Source: a virus. Taken from it: DNA of 16,239 nt. Position 1 is the stretch's first letter. The number at the start of each line of letters is the position of its first letter. Location of the stretch: UHGV virus genome UHGV-1947574. The stretch is one strand, 5' to 3'. The translations under genes and the position numbers were made by a program. Shown piece by piece: positions 5,803 through 14,105 of the stretch. Below the pieces are notes generated by a model, which was not told where the DNA came from, searched no databases, and worked only from the letters and a program-made list of their open reading frames with translations.

Positions 5803-8753
5803 CAGCGGTACTCCTTACGTTGTTTCTGAGCCAGCAGACGCTCCAGCATTTTTTCCAGCTCATGCAGACTCATATTCAGGGCACCAGTCAGTCCTGCAGG
5901 CGCTGTGGTTTCCCTGCCATTGAGGAAAAACTGAGGATTAAAGCTGACCTGGATACCACCAGACGTTCCACCGCCGGTTGCAGCTGCACCACGGCCTGAA
6001 TATCCGGCAGCCATGATTTCAGGCGAGGGGATACGGGGAACATCCGGTGTCATCTCATTTGCCAGACGTTGCCCTGGTAAAATCGATGCCCGGGTGGAGA
6101 GCGGGATAGCGGGCATGGAAGACAAACTATTGATTACGGCTCCGATCGCATTTTTAGCAGACGACATAAACCCATTGATATCGGGCAACGGCATACTGAA
6201 GCGAACACCTGAAGTGTTATCCCGTATTTCTGGCCCCTGAATGCTCACGGGCATTTTGGGGAGCAGTTCACTGGCCATTCGCTGCCCGGCCAGAGCTGCA
6301 AGCGGAGTGGTCCGCTGCAGGCCAATGGCGGCCCCCTGCGCGATATTGTCACCAAAGCCCATAAACACGCGGCTCGGCGAATGAATGCCCAGCTTTTCGC
6401 TGAACCAGCCACTGATGCTGTCACCCATTCCGGTTACACTGGATTTGAGCGACTCCCATTTGTTTTTGATACCGTTAATCAGACCGTCGACAAGATGGCC
6501 ACCGAAGTCGGTGAACTTTGCCGGCAGATCAACACCAAGATATTTCAGCGCAGCTGCAAAGGCTTTATAGAGCAGACCTGCCGGCGACCAGTTAATCAGC
6601 AGCTTACCAGTTCCCGCGATACCGCCGTTAAAGGCTTCCTGAATGTCAGCCCAGCACTGTTTAAACCAGCTACTGATGCTGTCACCCATTCCGGTTACAC
6701 TGGATTTGAGCGACCCCCATTTGTTTTTGATACCGTTAATCAGACCGTCGATAAGATGGCCACCGAAGTCGGTGAACTTTGCCGGCAGAGCAACGCCGAA
6801 ATATTTCAGCGCAGCCGCAAAGGCTTTATAGAGCAGGCCTGCCGGCGACCAGTTAATCAGTAACTTACCAATTCCCACAATGCCGCCGTTAAAGGCTTCC
6901 TGAATGTCTGCCCAGCGCTGTTTAAACCAGCCACTGACTGCCCCCCAGTTGCGGTAGATAAGGTAAGCTGCTGCCGCGACAGCGGTGATAACGAGACCGA
7001 TGGGATTCATCATCAGCGCACGTCCAATCCAGAGAACAGCACGTCCGGCGAGCATAATTCCGCGAACCAGCCCCCCGGAGAGCACGCCACTCAGTGTTCT
7101 GGCTCCTCTGGCGACGGCGCTAAATCCGGTCACCAGCCAGCGGAGCTTACCGCCTTGCCCCAGTGCGAGCGACAGACGAAGCCAGTTGGCCCGAAGTAAA
7201 ACAGCATTTTTCCAGACACTTACAAAGGGGGAAATAAGGAGATTCAGCCCCAGTTTGAGACCAACAGTCGCTATCTTAATCGCAAGGAGCGCACTGATGA
7301 GCTTAAAAGCCCCACTGACAAATTGCGGGTGAGTCGCTACCCAGTGTTTTGCCCCCTGAATGAGTGGAAGCAGTTCCTGAGTCAAAGAAATAAAAGATGG
7401 AGCTAATTGATCGCCCAGCGTAATTGCCAGATCGCGACTGCTGACCATAAGTGTTTTAGTGGCTTCAAGGGGAGATTTCAGCCGCTGATCATAAGCACTG
7501 GCAAGCAAATCGTTATCCGCAGCCCTGAGAGCACCGGCACGGATCTCTCGATATCTGTCCATGTTGGCCAGCATCGGGCGGATAAATGCCATGACCTGCA
7601 TATCCGCGAACATATCGCCCAGACCAAAGTTTTTCGCCAGAGCCTGAAGTGCCTCATCTCTTGCCGTATCATTCTTTATTTTCATGGCTGATTTGAAGCC
7701 GGCCAGCGCTTCGGGGCTTTTGGCATTGAGGTAACGTTCTATAACACTCAACATCCCTTCAATCGGAGAGATCCCCGCAGCTTTATAACTCGCAATAGAT
7801 CCCTGCAAATCAATACCCAGATCAGCAAACTGTTTCTGAGTATCGCGGGCAAAAATTTTGGTAAGAAAGTTTTTAAAATTATTAGCTGCTTCGTCGGTGG
7901 AACCTGCACCGATTTTTGCTATCTGGAGACTGGCCCCGATTTCAGCAACAGCCTCTTTTCCACTGGCAATACCCGCCATCATTGGGGCCAGGGACTGCAT
8001 CCACTTGACCTGATCCGGGATTTCAAATGACCCCTGGTCACCGGCATAAGCCATAATATTCTGAACGGCACCAAAATCTCTGGCCGCACCTTTCAGGGAG
8101 TTTTGCCAGACTGCGGCCACTTTTGCCCAGTCCTGAGCAGACGTGCGTGTTGCCGTTGCCGCGCGGGCAATATCCGGCATCAGAAAACCGATATCTGACA
8201 CATTATCAATATTGTCGCTGATGAGTGAACCCACCGCCTCCTGCAGCTCATCCTGATACTGATTGTATTTAAGCGCCCAGCCTTTTATCTGTCCGGCAAG
8301 TGCATCCCGCGTTTTATTGTCATATTTTGCGGTGATCGACATATCAATCATTTTGTCCTGAAAAGACATGGACTGCTGAACGGCAGGGGAAACCGTATGA
8401 TAAACAGTCTGTGCCATGCCATACGCTTCAATCCCCTGACCATACAGCGCCATGCGGTTAGCTTTCAGCGCATCACTGGTAGCGGATGCCGCTGACAGAC
8501 GGCGCTGCTGGCGCTCAATTTGCTCCATGGTGCGGCTTACCCGCAGCAGCTCGCTGTTGAGATGCTGCATCCGGGAAGAACCCAGTTGACCATAACGTTC
8601 TGTTGCACGGGTTAAAGCGTTCTGACGTTCCTGCAGGCGGCGTGAGGTATCGCTCAGGGAATCAAGCGCACGGCGGGTACCGCTCATTGCAGAACGGAAT
8701 GTGCTGCCAATCATCCCGCCGATAACAACGCCGACTGAAAACTGTCCCGACAT
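5802..8753 (-). CDS. Tail tape measure protein
   Basis: 983 aa; ATG at 8753 with GGAGG 9 nt upstream; largest gene, immediately after the chaperone; hydrophobic segments plus long helical Ala/Gln/Arg-rich regions; contains an 87-aa tandem duplication. Confidence 0.9.
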   Translation of the reverse strand: MSGQFSVGVVIGGMIGSTFRSAMSGTRRALDSLSDTSRRLQERQNALTRATERYGQLGSSRMQHLNSELLRVSRTMEQIERQQRRLSAASATSDALKANRMALYGQGIEAYGMAQTVYHTVSPAVQQSMSFQDKMIDMSITAKYDNKTRDALAGQIKGWALKYNQYQDELQEAVGSLISDNIDNVSDIGFLMPDIARAATATRTSAQDWAKVAAVWQNSLKGAARDFGAVQNIMAYAGDQGSFEIPDQVKWMQSLAPMMAGIASGKEAVAEIGASLQIAKIGAGSTDEAANNFKNFLTKIFARDTQKQFADLGIDLQGSIASYKAAGISPIEGMLSVIERYLNAKSPEALAGFKSAMKIKNDTARDEALQALAKNFGLGDMFADMQVMAFIRPMLANMDRYREIRAGALRAADNDLLASAYDQRLKSPLEATKTLMVSSRDLAITLGDQLAPSFISLTQELLPLIQGAKHWVATHPQFVSGAFKLISALLAIKIATVGLKLGLNLLISPFVSVWKNAVLLRANWLRLSLALGQGGKLRWLVTGFSAVARGARTLSGVLSGGLVRGIMLAGRAVLWIGRALMMNPIGLVITAVAAAAYLIYRNWGAVSGWFKQRWADIQEAFNGGIVGIGKLLINWSPAGLLYKAFAAALKYFGVALPAKFTDFGGHLIDGLINGIKNKWGSLKSSVTGMGDSISSWFKQCWADIQEAFNGGIAGTGKLLINWSPAGLLYKAFAAALKYLGVDLPAKFTDFGGHLVDGLINGIKNKWESLKSSVTGMGDSISGWFSEKLGIHSPSRVFMGFGDNIAQGAAIGLQRTTPLAALAGQRMASELLPKMPVSIQGPEIRDNTSGVRFSMPLPDINGFMSSAKNAIGAVINSLSSMPAIPLSTRASILPGQRLANEMTPDVPRIPSPEIMAAGYSGRGAAATGGGTSGGIQVSFNPQFFLNGRETTAPAGLTGALNMSLHELEKMLERLLAQKQRKEYR
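6403..6924. repeat. In-frame tandem duplication inside tape measure gene (2 x 261 bp, about 93% identical)
   Basis: 'aaccagccactgatgctgtcaccc...' at 6403, recurring at 6664 and, truncated, at 6925; period 261 nt. Encodes 'WFKQ(R/C)WADIQEAFNGGI(V/A)G(I/T)GKLLINWSPAGLLYKAFAAALKY(F/L)GV(A/D)LPAKFTDFGGHL(I/V)DGLINGIKNKW(G/E)SLKSSVTGMGDSIS' twice. Confidence 0.95.
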
Positions 8754-8903
8754 AGTGGTTAACCTCCGGGGAAGGTGAAAAGACGTGAGGGAATAACGCA
8801 GAACAGCCGCTACTGGCGGGGGGCTGGAATTTTAGTTTTTTCCCGGCGGGACGAACCGTGGGGGGAAAAACCGCACCCCAGCCGCTACTGGCGGCTGTCT
8901 GTA

Positions 8904-9321
8904 CTATGATTTGTCGCCGTACTCGCTTTTTATTTGCTCTTCAGCCTGCTCCAGCCACATCTCCAGATCGTCAGTATCGAGGGCATCAATCTCCCCCGGC
9001 TGAAACCGGAACCATCTCGCCAGCAGCCCCTGCGCCTGCGTCAGCGCCCTGGTTGCTCTCACCCATCCCCGTGATGAGCTGAAATCGTTTCTGTAACTGC
9101 AGGTAATCAGCCAGATCCATATTGTCGAGATCTTCCGGGAGAAGACCAGTACTGCGGGCAATCAGCGGTTCGTCCCAGTCTGCCGGGTTTTTGCTGATTT
9201 TGCGCACCTGCTTCAGGTCTTTTACCGTCAGGCGTTTCAGTTCAACCAGCTCAATTCTGGTGCCTGCAGCAGTGGTGAAGGGATAAGACAATTTAAAAGT
9301 ATCGGATGGGGTCTGTGACAT
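8904..9321 (-). CDS. Putative frameshift-extended chaperone (E+E' / G-T-like fusion); shift geometry +1 (or -2)
   Basis: A second frame stays open across the 3' part of the chaperone gene and continues 82 nt past its stop to a TAG at 8906..8904, ending '...GEIDALDTDDLEMWLEQAEEQIKSEYGDKS'. It has no ATG of its own upstream of the overlap. Candidate shift site: the G5 run (minus strand) at 8993..8997, just before the chaperone stop. Confidence 0.5.
8986..9321 (-). CDS. Tail assembly chaperone (P2 gpE / lambda G-like)
   Basis: 111 aa; ATG at 9321 with AGGAG 7 nt upstream; sits directly upstream of the tape measure gene, the conserved chaperone position. Confidence 0.7.
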   Translation of the reverse strand: MSQTPSDTFKLSYPFTTAAGTRIELVELKRLTVKDLKQVRKISKNPADWDEPLIARSTGLLPEDLDNMDLADYLQLQKRFQLITGMGESNQGADAGAGAAGEMVPVSAGGD

Positions 9322-9377
9322 GATTGTGCTCCTGTGTAAGTTCAGGGCAGTATGTCGGGAGAAGCGCGTGACGGATA

Positions 9378-9412
9378 TTAAAGGAGATTAAGAAGAAGGG
9401 GCCGGAGCCCCT
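9378..9412 (-). terminator. Candidate rho-independent terminator/attenuator
   Basis: On the minus strand, hairpin AGGGGC-UCCG-GCCCCU (6-bp GC stem, 4-nt loop; plus coordinates 9397..9412) followed directly by UCUUCUUAAUCUCCUUU; located 7 nt after the 93-aa ORF stop. Confidence 0.5.
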
Positions 9413-9418
9413 GTGATG

Positions 9419-9700
9419 TCAGCAAGTGCGAAACCCCTTGCAGTTACGCAGGAAAGCGATGAGAAGCGTCTTTCCCTCAGATTTGCCGATGCCGGAGAAC
9501 CAGTGGTCGGGAGGCTCCCATGCTTCAATCAAATCCGCCAGTTTGCGGGCCTTTGAACGTGTGCAGTCAATCGGGTCATTGGTTTTACGGGTATTAAAAA
9601 GGGTTTCCACCCCCGGAATATCAAGGAGGGTAAACCACGTACCATTTGACATGCCCAGTGCCGCACATCGTCCTCCTTTATCCGTCAGTTCAACACTCAC
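9419..9700 (-). CDS. Hypothetical small protein between tail tube and chaperone
   Basis: 93-aa ORF with GTG start at 9700, 2 nt after the tube stop, GGGGG about 10 nt upstream; no family recognised; followed by a terminator-like hairpin. Coding status uncertain. Confidence 0.35.
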   Translation of the reverse strand: MSVELTDKGGRCAALGMSNGTWFTLLDIPGVETLFNTRKTNDPIDCTRSKARKLADLIEAWEPPDHWFSGIGKSEGKTLLIAFLRNCKGFRTC

Positions 9701-9702
9701 CG

Positions 9703-10224
9703 TCAGCCCCCGATATTGATACGGTAGTCAGTCAGTTGATCAACACCGCCGACCCGGAAGATGTTGGCCAGATAGTCCAGTTGCAGCAGCTCTTCACCAT
9801 CCAGTACCTGTCTGATATACGTGCAGGTGAAGCTACTGGAGAACTCGGCGTTCTCGTGCTGTTTGAACGTCCCCAGCGGGTTCTTCTTGAACATAATCGT
9901 CAGGAAGGTGACCAGCGGGATTTCGTCAATCAGCCCCTGCGAGCTGTAGCGCTGGACGCTGGAACGACACTGCAGTGCCAGCGACCTGTACGGGTTCGCG
10001 GCAGACAGCATCGCATCGCGGTAAAAGCTGTTCCATTTGATTTCGCCTTCCAGTTTGTCAAAACCAGCCGGGAGTTCCACCTTACCCACCATCCCCAGCG
10101 CCTTGTGTTCCTGCATAATCATGGAGACATCGGGGAGTTTAACTTCCTCAGCCCGTCCCAGCAGGTTAGTACCATCCAGATAGATGTTGGCATTCGTGAT
10201 GCGGTTTATCTCAATCTTTGACAT
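9703..10224 (-). CDS. Tail tube protein (P2 FII / Mu M-like)
   Basis: 173 aa; ATG at 10224..10222 overlaps the sheath stop (ATGA); size and position right after the sheath gene. Confidence 0.85.
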   Translation of the reverse strand: MSKIEINRITNANIYLDGTNLLGRAEEVKLPDVSMIMQEHKALGMVGKVELPAGFDKLEGEIKWNSFYRDAMLSAANPYRSLALQCRSSVQRYSSQGLIDEIPLVTFLTIMFKKNPLGTFKQHENAEFSSSFTCTYIRQVLDGEELLQLDYLANIFRVGGVDQLTDYRINIGG

Positions 10225-11651
10225 CAGTTGCCCCCTTTCAGGGTTAACAGGTATTCCGAGGTGATCTCAGTCTCAAACGTCAGTCGCTCCAGCGGCGGTG
10301 GTGGCGTATATTTGTAGCTCAGCAACAGGTGCCCGGCGGCCAGCTCCGTCTCCGGATTGCGGGCCGGATCAAACCAGCAACGGAAGCCCAGTACCGCACC
10401 ATCACCAGTCATTTTGCGACCGTAGGCGTTGACCGACTCCGTCAGTGCATCAATCAGCGCCTGAGTAATCGGCATGTCGATGTACTGCTGGCTGAAATAA
10501 CGAATGGACTCGTTGATCACATCACCGGTGCGGCGAACGTTCTCAAAGTTACGCATATGGGTGACCGTTGGCCATGCTGCCGTCCGGTTACCCCACAGAC
10601 GAAGGCCGCTGCCGTAACTGCTGAATACCGTGGTGATCCCCTGTTCGTTAAGCAGGTTCACCTCACTCTGCGGGTCATCAATCATCGCGGACAGCTGGCG
10701 CTCCACGCCAGTGATCCCCAGAATCTCCTGATTGGAGGATGACCACCAGTAGCCCTTGTCCAGATCGACTCTGGCACGCAGACCTGCTGCACGCTGGCTG
10801 AGCGGCTCCAGACGCTCTGTGTTTGTCACCGGGTCATATACCTTCACATGCGGATAGCACAGACGGACGCGGTCGGAGCTGGTATTGAAGTTGATGGTGC
10901 CTTCCGGGCCACGACCTGCCAGAGCCTGTGCAAAGGTGGTACCGACAGGCGCATCAATGTAGGTTACCGCGCCCAGCTTCTCTGCCATGGCGATAAGCTC
11001 AACTGCGACACTCTTCTGGGTGCAGAACACCGGCGCAATCAGAATTTTGGCGAAATAGCCGTACAGGTTGAAGCTGTCGTTAAGCAGCTTCATGCCGGTT
11101 CGGTTTCCGGCGCTGTTCACCCCGCCGATGATGTCCGCCGCAGTCACCTTCGACGGGTCCGCGTACTCATAGCTCACCTTCACGCTGCCACCGGCCTCAA
11201 TAGCCTTGCCCAGGTTCGTGAGCACACCCGCCTGCGCATCAACACGGTAGTCCGTGTTCGCCGTGTGGGAGGTGCTGCCTTCACTGTTTTTCACCACCAC
11301 ATTAGCGACAACCGGATGCGCCAGTCTGGCCTGCCCTGTCGATTTGTCAAAGGTAACCACCTCATCCTCGATCGCCGTTTTATGTTTCGCCGGGTCGAGG
11401 ACGTTAATGACCAGAACGATACCTGCACCATGGTCATAAATCGCATCCAGCGCCTGCGGAATGGTAAAGCCGGTGAACTGGCTGCCAAATGCCGCTGCGT
11501 CTTTCTCAGACAGGCACTGTACCAGCGTATTGACATCCCCCATCGGGGCGGTACCAATCAGGCCAATAACGGCAGATTTCACCGTTTTAACCGGGCGGGC
11601 ACCGTTTTCCACCTCAATGGTTTCGGGACCATGCAGATAGTTAGCTGCCAT
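10224..11651 (-). CDS. Tail sheath protein (P2 FI / Mu L-like)
   Basis: 475 aa; ATG at 11651..11649; size and position typical of contractile sheath proteins. Confidence 0.9.
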   Translation of the reverse strand: MAANYLHGPETIEVENGARPVKTVKSAVIGLIGTAPMGDVNTLVQCLSEKDAAAFGSQFTGFTIPQALDAIYDHGAGIVLVINVLDPAKHKTAIEDEVVTFDKSTGQARLAHPVVANVVVKNSEGSTSHTANTDYRVDAQAGVLTNLGKAIEAGGSVKVSYEYADPSKVTAADIIGGVNSAGNRTGMKLLNDSFNLYGYFAKILIAPVFCTQKSVAVELIAMAEKLGAVTYIDAPVGTTFAQALAGRGPEGTINFNTSSDRVRLCYPHVKVYDPVTNTERLEPLSQRAAGLRARVDLDKGYWWSSSNQEILGITGVERQLSAMIDDPQSEVNLLNEQGITTVFSSYGSGLRLWGNRTAAWPTVTHMRNFENVRRTGDVINESIRYFSQQYIDMPITQALIDALTESVNAYGRKMTGDGAVLGFRCWFDPARNPETELAAGHLLLSYKYTPPPPLERLTFETEITSEYLLTLKGGN

Positions 11652-11892
11652 GGGTGTCCTCCGTTTTCACTTCGCTGTCACTGCTGCTTCTGCGCTTTGG
11701 TGACTGCACAGCCGGTGTGCCGGCGGGTTTAGTCTCTTCAGGTACCGGCGTCAGATGTTTCAGCGCCACCAGTACCTTCACGTAGTCATGCTCCTCCGGC
11801 AGGGAAACCGTCTTCCCCGGCCAGAGCAGGATTTCGGTTCCGTCCGACAGCGTGACGCCGCTGGCCGGGCCGGAATAGCGGTATTCTTTCAT
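11641..11892 (-). CDS. Mu gp38-like small protein (DUF2635-type)
   Basis: About 83 aa; ATG at 11892..11890 overlapping the upstream TGA (the track's start at 11895 is a GTG); position between the gp37-like gene and the sheath as in Mu. Confidence 0.55.
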   Translation of the reverse strand: MKEYRYSGPASGVTLSDGTEILLWPGKTVSLPEEHDYVKVLVALKHLTPVPEETKPAGTPAVQSPKRRSSSDSEVKTEDTHGS

Positions 11893-12356
11893 CACTCGCT
11901 TTCCTCATAGTTCACTTCGGTTAACAGCGGGCCGGACGGTAAATCGCTGTCTTCGATAAAGACGCTTTCAGTCGCGAAGTCGAGGGCGTACTGCCACAGC
12001 CCCCTGACTTCACCGATAAACACCTCGCGGGTCAGCCAGATACGGCGGCGGCAGCCGGGCGGGGTGTGGCCACCGAGAATGCGGCGGACAGCATCCAGGA
12101 CATTAATCGCCCCTTTTTTACCGTTGAGCTGGCGGAAGACCACCGTGACGCAGAGCTGGATAGTCTGAGACTGGATCACTGCACCGGTATCATCCGGCCT
12201 GTCAAAGCGCGAACCGGCATAGCTCAACAGCAACGCGCCAACCGGATGGTTCAGGCGATATTCAGCCGGTTTCTCCGGGAAGTACTCCACCTGCAGTTGC
12301 GGCAGCTTCTCGCGTAACCGGGCCAGTACCGCATCAAGGACGGGCAGAACGTTCAT
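11892..12356 (-). CDS. Mu gp37-like (DUF1834-type) putative head-tail joining protein
   Basis: 154 aa; ATG at 12356..12354 overlapping the upstream stop (ATGA); synteny with Mu J-K region. Confidence 0.65.
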   Translation of the reverse strand: MNVLPVLDAVLARLREKLPQLQVEYFPEKPAEYRLNHPVGALLLSYAGSRFDRPDDTGAVIQSQTIQLCVTVVFRQLNGKKGAINVLDAVRRILGGHTPPGCRRRIWLTREVFIGEVRGLWQYALDFATESVFIEDSDLPSGPLLTEVNYEESE

Positions 12357-12802
12357 CAGTATTTCTCCAGTAAACCGTCACGACCGCCGAAAGTAGCCGG
12401 GCGACTGCGTACACGAAACTCGCCAGGCTCAGGCACATCTTTCTGAGTGGACGGCAGCCCCAGCGTGAGCCTGTTATCACGTAACTCCCTGAGTTGCCGC
12501 AGCGCTTCTTTGTGGTCATCCTTCACCGTATCCGGGAGGTCACCTTCCGGGCGGCGGGCGTAGAGCCGGTAACGGACCAGCGTGATGGCAATGTCCCGCA
12601 GAACAGTCGGTATCTCTGCCAGTGGCAGGATATAGCGTCCGCGCAGATGGGCATCAATCAGCTCGTCGGCATAGCGGATACAGCTGTCCACCACACGGGT
12701 ATTCACTGTTGCAGGTGAGTCGAAGTCCATCTCTTCACTGGTGAGCTCGATAAGCGTCCGCTCCGGCACCTGCGCAAGCAAATCCTCCAGGGTGCAGTAC
12801 AT
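12356..12802 (-). CDS. Mu gp36-like (DUF1320-type) putative head-tail connector protein
   Basis: Start reassigned to ATG at 12802..12800 ('MYCTLEDLLAQVPERTLIEL...', the usual N-terminus of this family as I recall it), 1 nt after the preceding gene's TGA. The track's 12964 start would overlap the preceding gene by about 160 nt. Confidence 0.7.
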   Translation of the reverse strand: MYCTLEDLLAQVPERTLIELTSEEMDFDSPATVNTRVVDSCIRYADELIDAHLRGRYILPLAEIPTVLRDIAITLVRYRLYARRPEGDLPDTVKDDHKEALRQLRELRDNRLTLGLPSTQKDVPEPGEFRVRSRPATFGGRDGLLEKY

Positions 12803-12803
12803 G

Positions 12804-13142
12804 TCACACCCCGCGCAGGATACGAATGACGTCGCCTTCACCCCCGGCTTCATCAAGTGCAATACCACAGGATTTACCGTCGCCGGACTGCGGCACGGCT
12901 CTGGCCTGAGCATCTGACTGAACAGCCACACCACGGCTGACAGCGGCCCCGGCCTCGACAGCAATAATGCCCAGAACGCTCACCGGCGTGCTGTCGCCGG
13001 TAACAGCATCCACTTCGGCAACCCCGAGCGCTGCGGCACCGGCTTTACAGGGGGTATTATCTGCCCCGACAAAACGCTGCTGTGCCAGTGCTGCCCCTGC
13101 CGTTACGGTTGTGATCAGAATGACCTGCTGAGTGGTTCCCAT
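12804..13142 (-). CDS. Gly/Ala/Val-rich small head protein, candidate decoration/cement-like (DUF2190-like)
   Basis: 112 aa; ATG at 13142 preceded by AAGGAGG, the best Shine-Dalgarno in the window; directly follows the major head gene; composition resembles DUF2190-type proteins (assignment from memory, uncertain). Confidence 0.55.
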   Translation of the reverse strand: MGTTQQVILITTVTAGAALAQQRFVGADNTPCKAGAAALGVAEVDAVTGDSTPVSVLGIIAVEAGAAVSRGVAVQSDAQARAVPQSGDGKSCGIALDEAGGEGDVIRILRGV

Positions 13143-13151
13143 AACGCCTCC

Positions 13152-14105
13152 TTATTTACTGATACCGGTAATGAGATACCCGGCATCGCCACCAACCACG
13201 GCGACTTTGTAGATATCGGTATAACGGCAGTACTTCACCTTGCCACCGGCTCCGTCGTATTTGTCGGCAACAGGCATCCCCTTACGACGCAGGGTGTAGC
13301 CGAAGGACGGCTCGTTCTCGTCCGCGCTGTCCGCCCCCGGCTGCGGTTTGCCGACATAGTGCAGCATCAGATTGTCTCCCCAGATATCCGCCGGCACGCT
13401 GTTCTTATCCATTGCCGCTTTCATGGACGGCAGGGAGACTGGGGCACCGATGACGATCTCTTCGATCTGAAAGAGGTCCTGCAGGATTTCTGTGGTGATG
13501 CGCTTGCGTTCGTTGGCTCCGATGGCGGCCTGAATCGCCGGGTGGAACTTCAGCAGCGCCATCACGCCGGCCCCCATGGTCATCAGGTTAGGACGCAGCC
13601 CCGTGGCCGTACGGACCGCTTCCATACCGGCTTCAATCACCCCGATGGGGGCCCCCTTACCACCGGCCCAGCGATCACTGGCTGTCAGTTTTTTGACGTG
13701 CCCGGTACGGTAGACCTTTTCATCCTGAGCCAGACGGGCAGCGATAAGTTCACGGCGCAGGTTCACGCCATTCGTGGCGCGACGGATGGCCTTGCTCTCT
13801 TCGTTAAACATGGACTCCGCCTGCTCGCGATAGTCCACCGGCGCAGCCAGATCGTGTTCACCCAGCACCAGGTCCAGCGTGCCTGTTTTTTCACGGACCA
13901 GAACATTGCTGTCCGCCCCGACGGCACGCTCGGTGTCATATTCCACAAAGGCGGTTTTCCCGAAGGTCGGTACACGCACGCCTTCCTTGTCCGTCAGCAC
14001 GACGGGGAAAATACGTTCGCCGATGAATGCGGCATTTTTATAGCCACGGGCGATACTGGTCAGTACCGGATCAACGACACGTTTACCTTTTAAGTAATCA
14101 GACAT
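13152..14105 (-). CDS. Major head subunit (Mu T / gpT-like)
   Basis: 317 aa; ATG at 14105 with AAGGAG upstream; position after the protease/scaffold; size and N-terminus consistent with the Mu-like gpT family. Confidence 0.85.
   Translation of the reverse strand: MSDYLKGKRVVDPVLTSIARGYKNAAFIGERIFPVVLTDKEGVRVPTFGKTAFVEYDTERAVGADSNVLVREKTGTLDLVLGEHDLAAPVDYREQAESMFNEESKAIRRATNGVNLRRELIAARLAQDEKVYRTGHVKKLTASDRWAGGKGAPIGVIEAGMEAVRTATGLRPNLMTMGAGVMALLKFHPAIQAAIGANERKRITTEILQDLFQIEEIVIGAPVSLPSMKAAMDKNSVPADIWGDNLMLHYVGKPQPGADSADENEPSFGYTLRRKGMPVADKYDGAGGKVKYCRYTDIYKVAVVGGDAGYLITGISK

Noticed and set aside
6381-6863. Plus-strand 160-aa ORF with an internal repeated peptide
   Set aside because: It is the antisense reading of the tape measure tandem duplication; the repeat in it is a by-product, not an independent repeat protein.
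8754-8903. Classical intrinsic terminator in the chaperone/tape-measure spacer
   Set aside because: The best hairpin (CAGCCGC-CAGUA-GCGGCUG) is separated from the U5 run by about 9 nt, so it does not fit the stem-then-U-tract rule; kept as a direct-repeat finding instead.
10848-11732. Long plus-strand ORFs (10848..11732, 13359..14093, 2117..2590, 1157..1651, 4811..5311, 5410..5829, 9646..10221 and others)
   Set aside because: Each lies antisense to and fully inside a minus-strand gene with a clear structural-protein identity and coupled starts; open antisense frames are expected in GC-rich coding DNA.
12356-12964. 202-aa version of the gp36-like ORF starting at 12964
   Set aside because: It would overlap the preceding strongly initiated gene by about 160 nt in another frame; the ATG at 12802 sits 1 nt after that gene's stop and gives the family-typical 'MYCT...' N-terminus.
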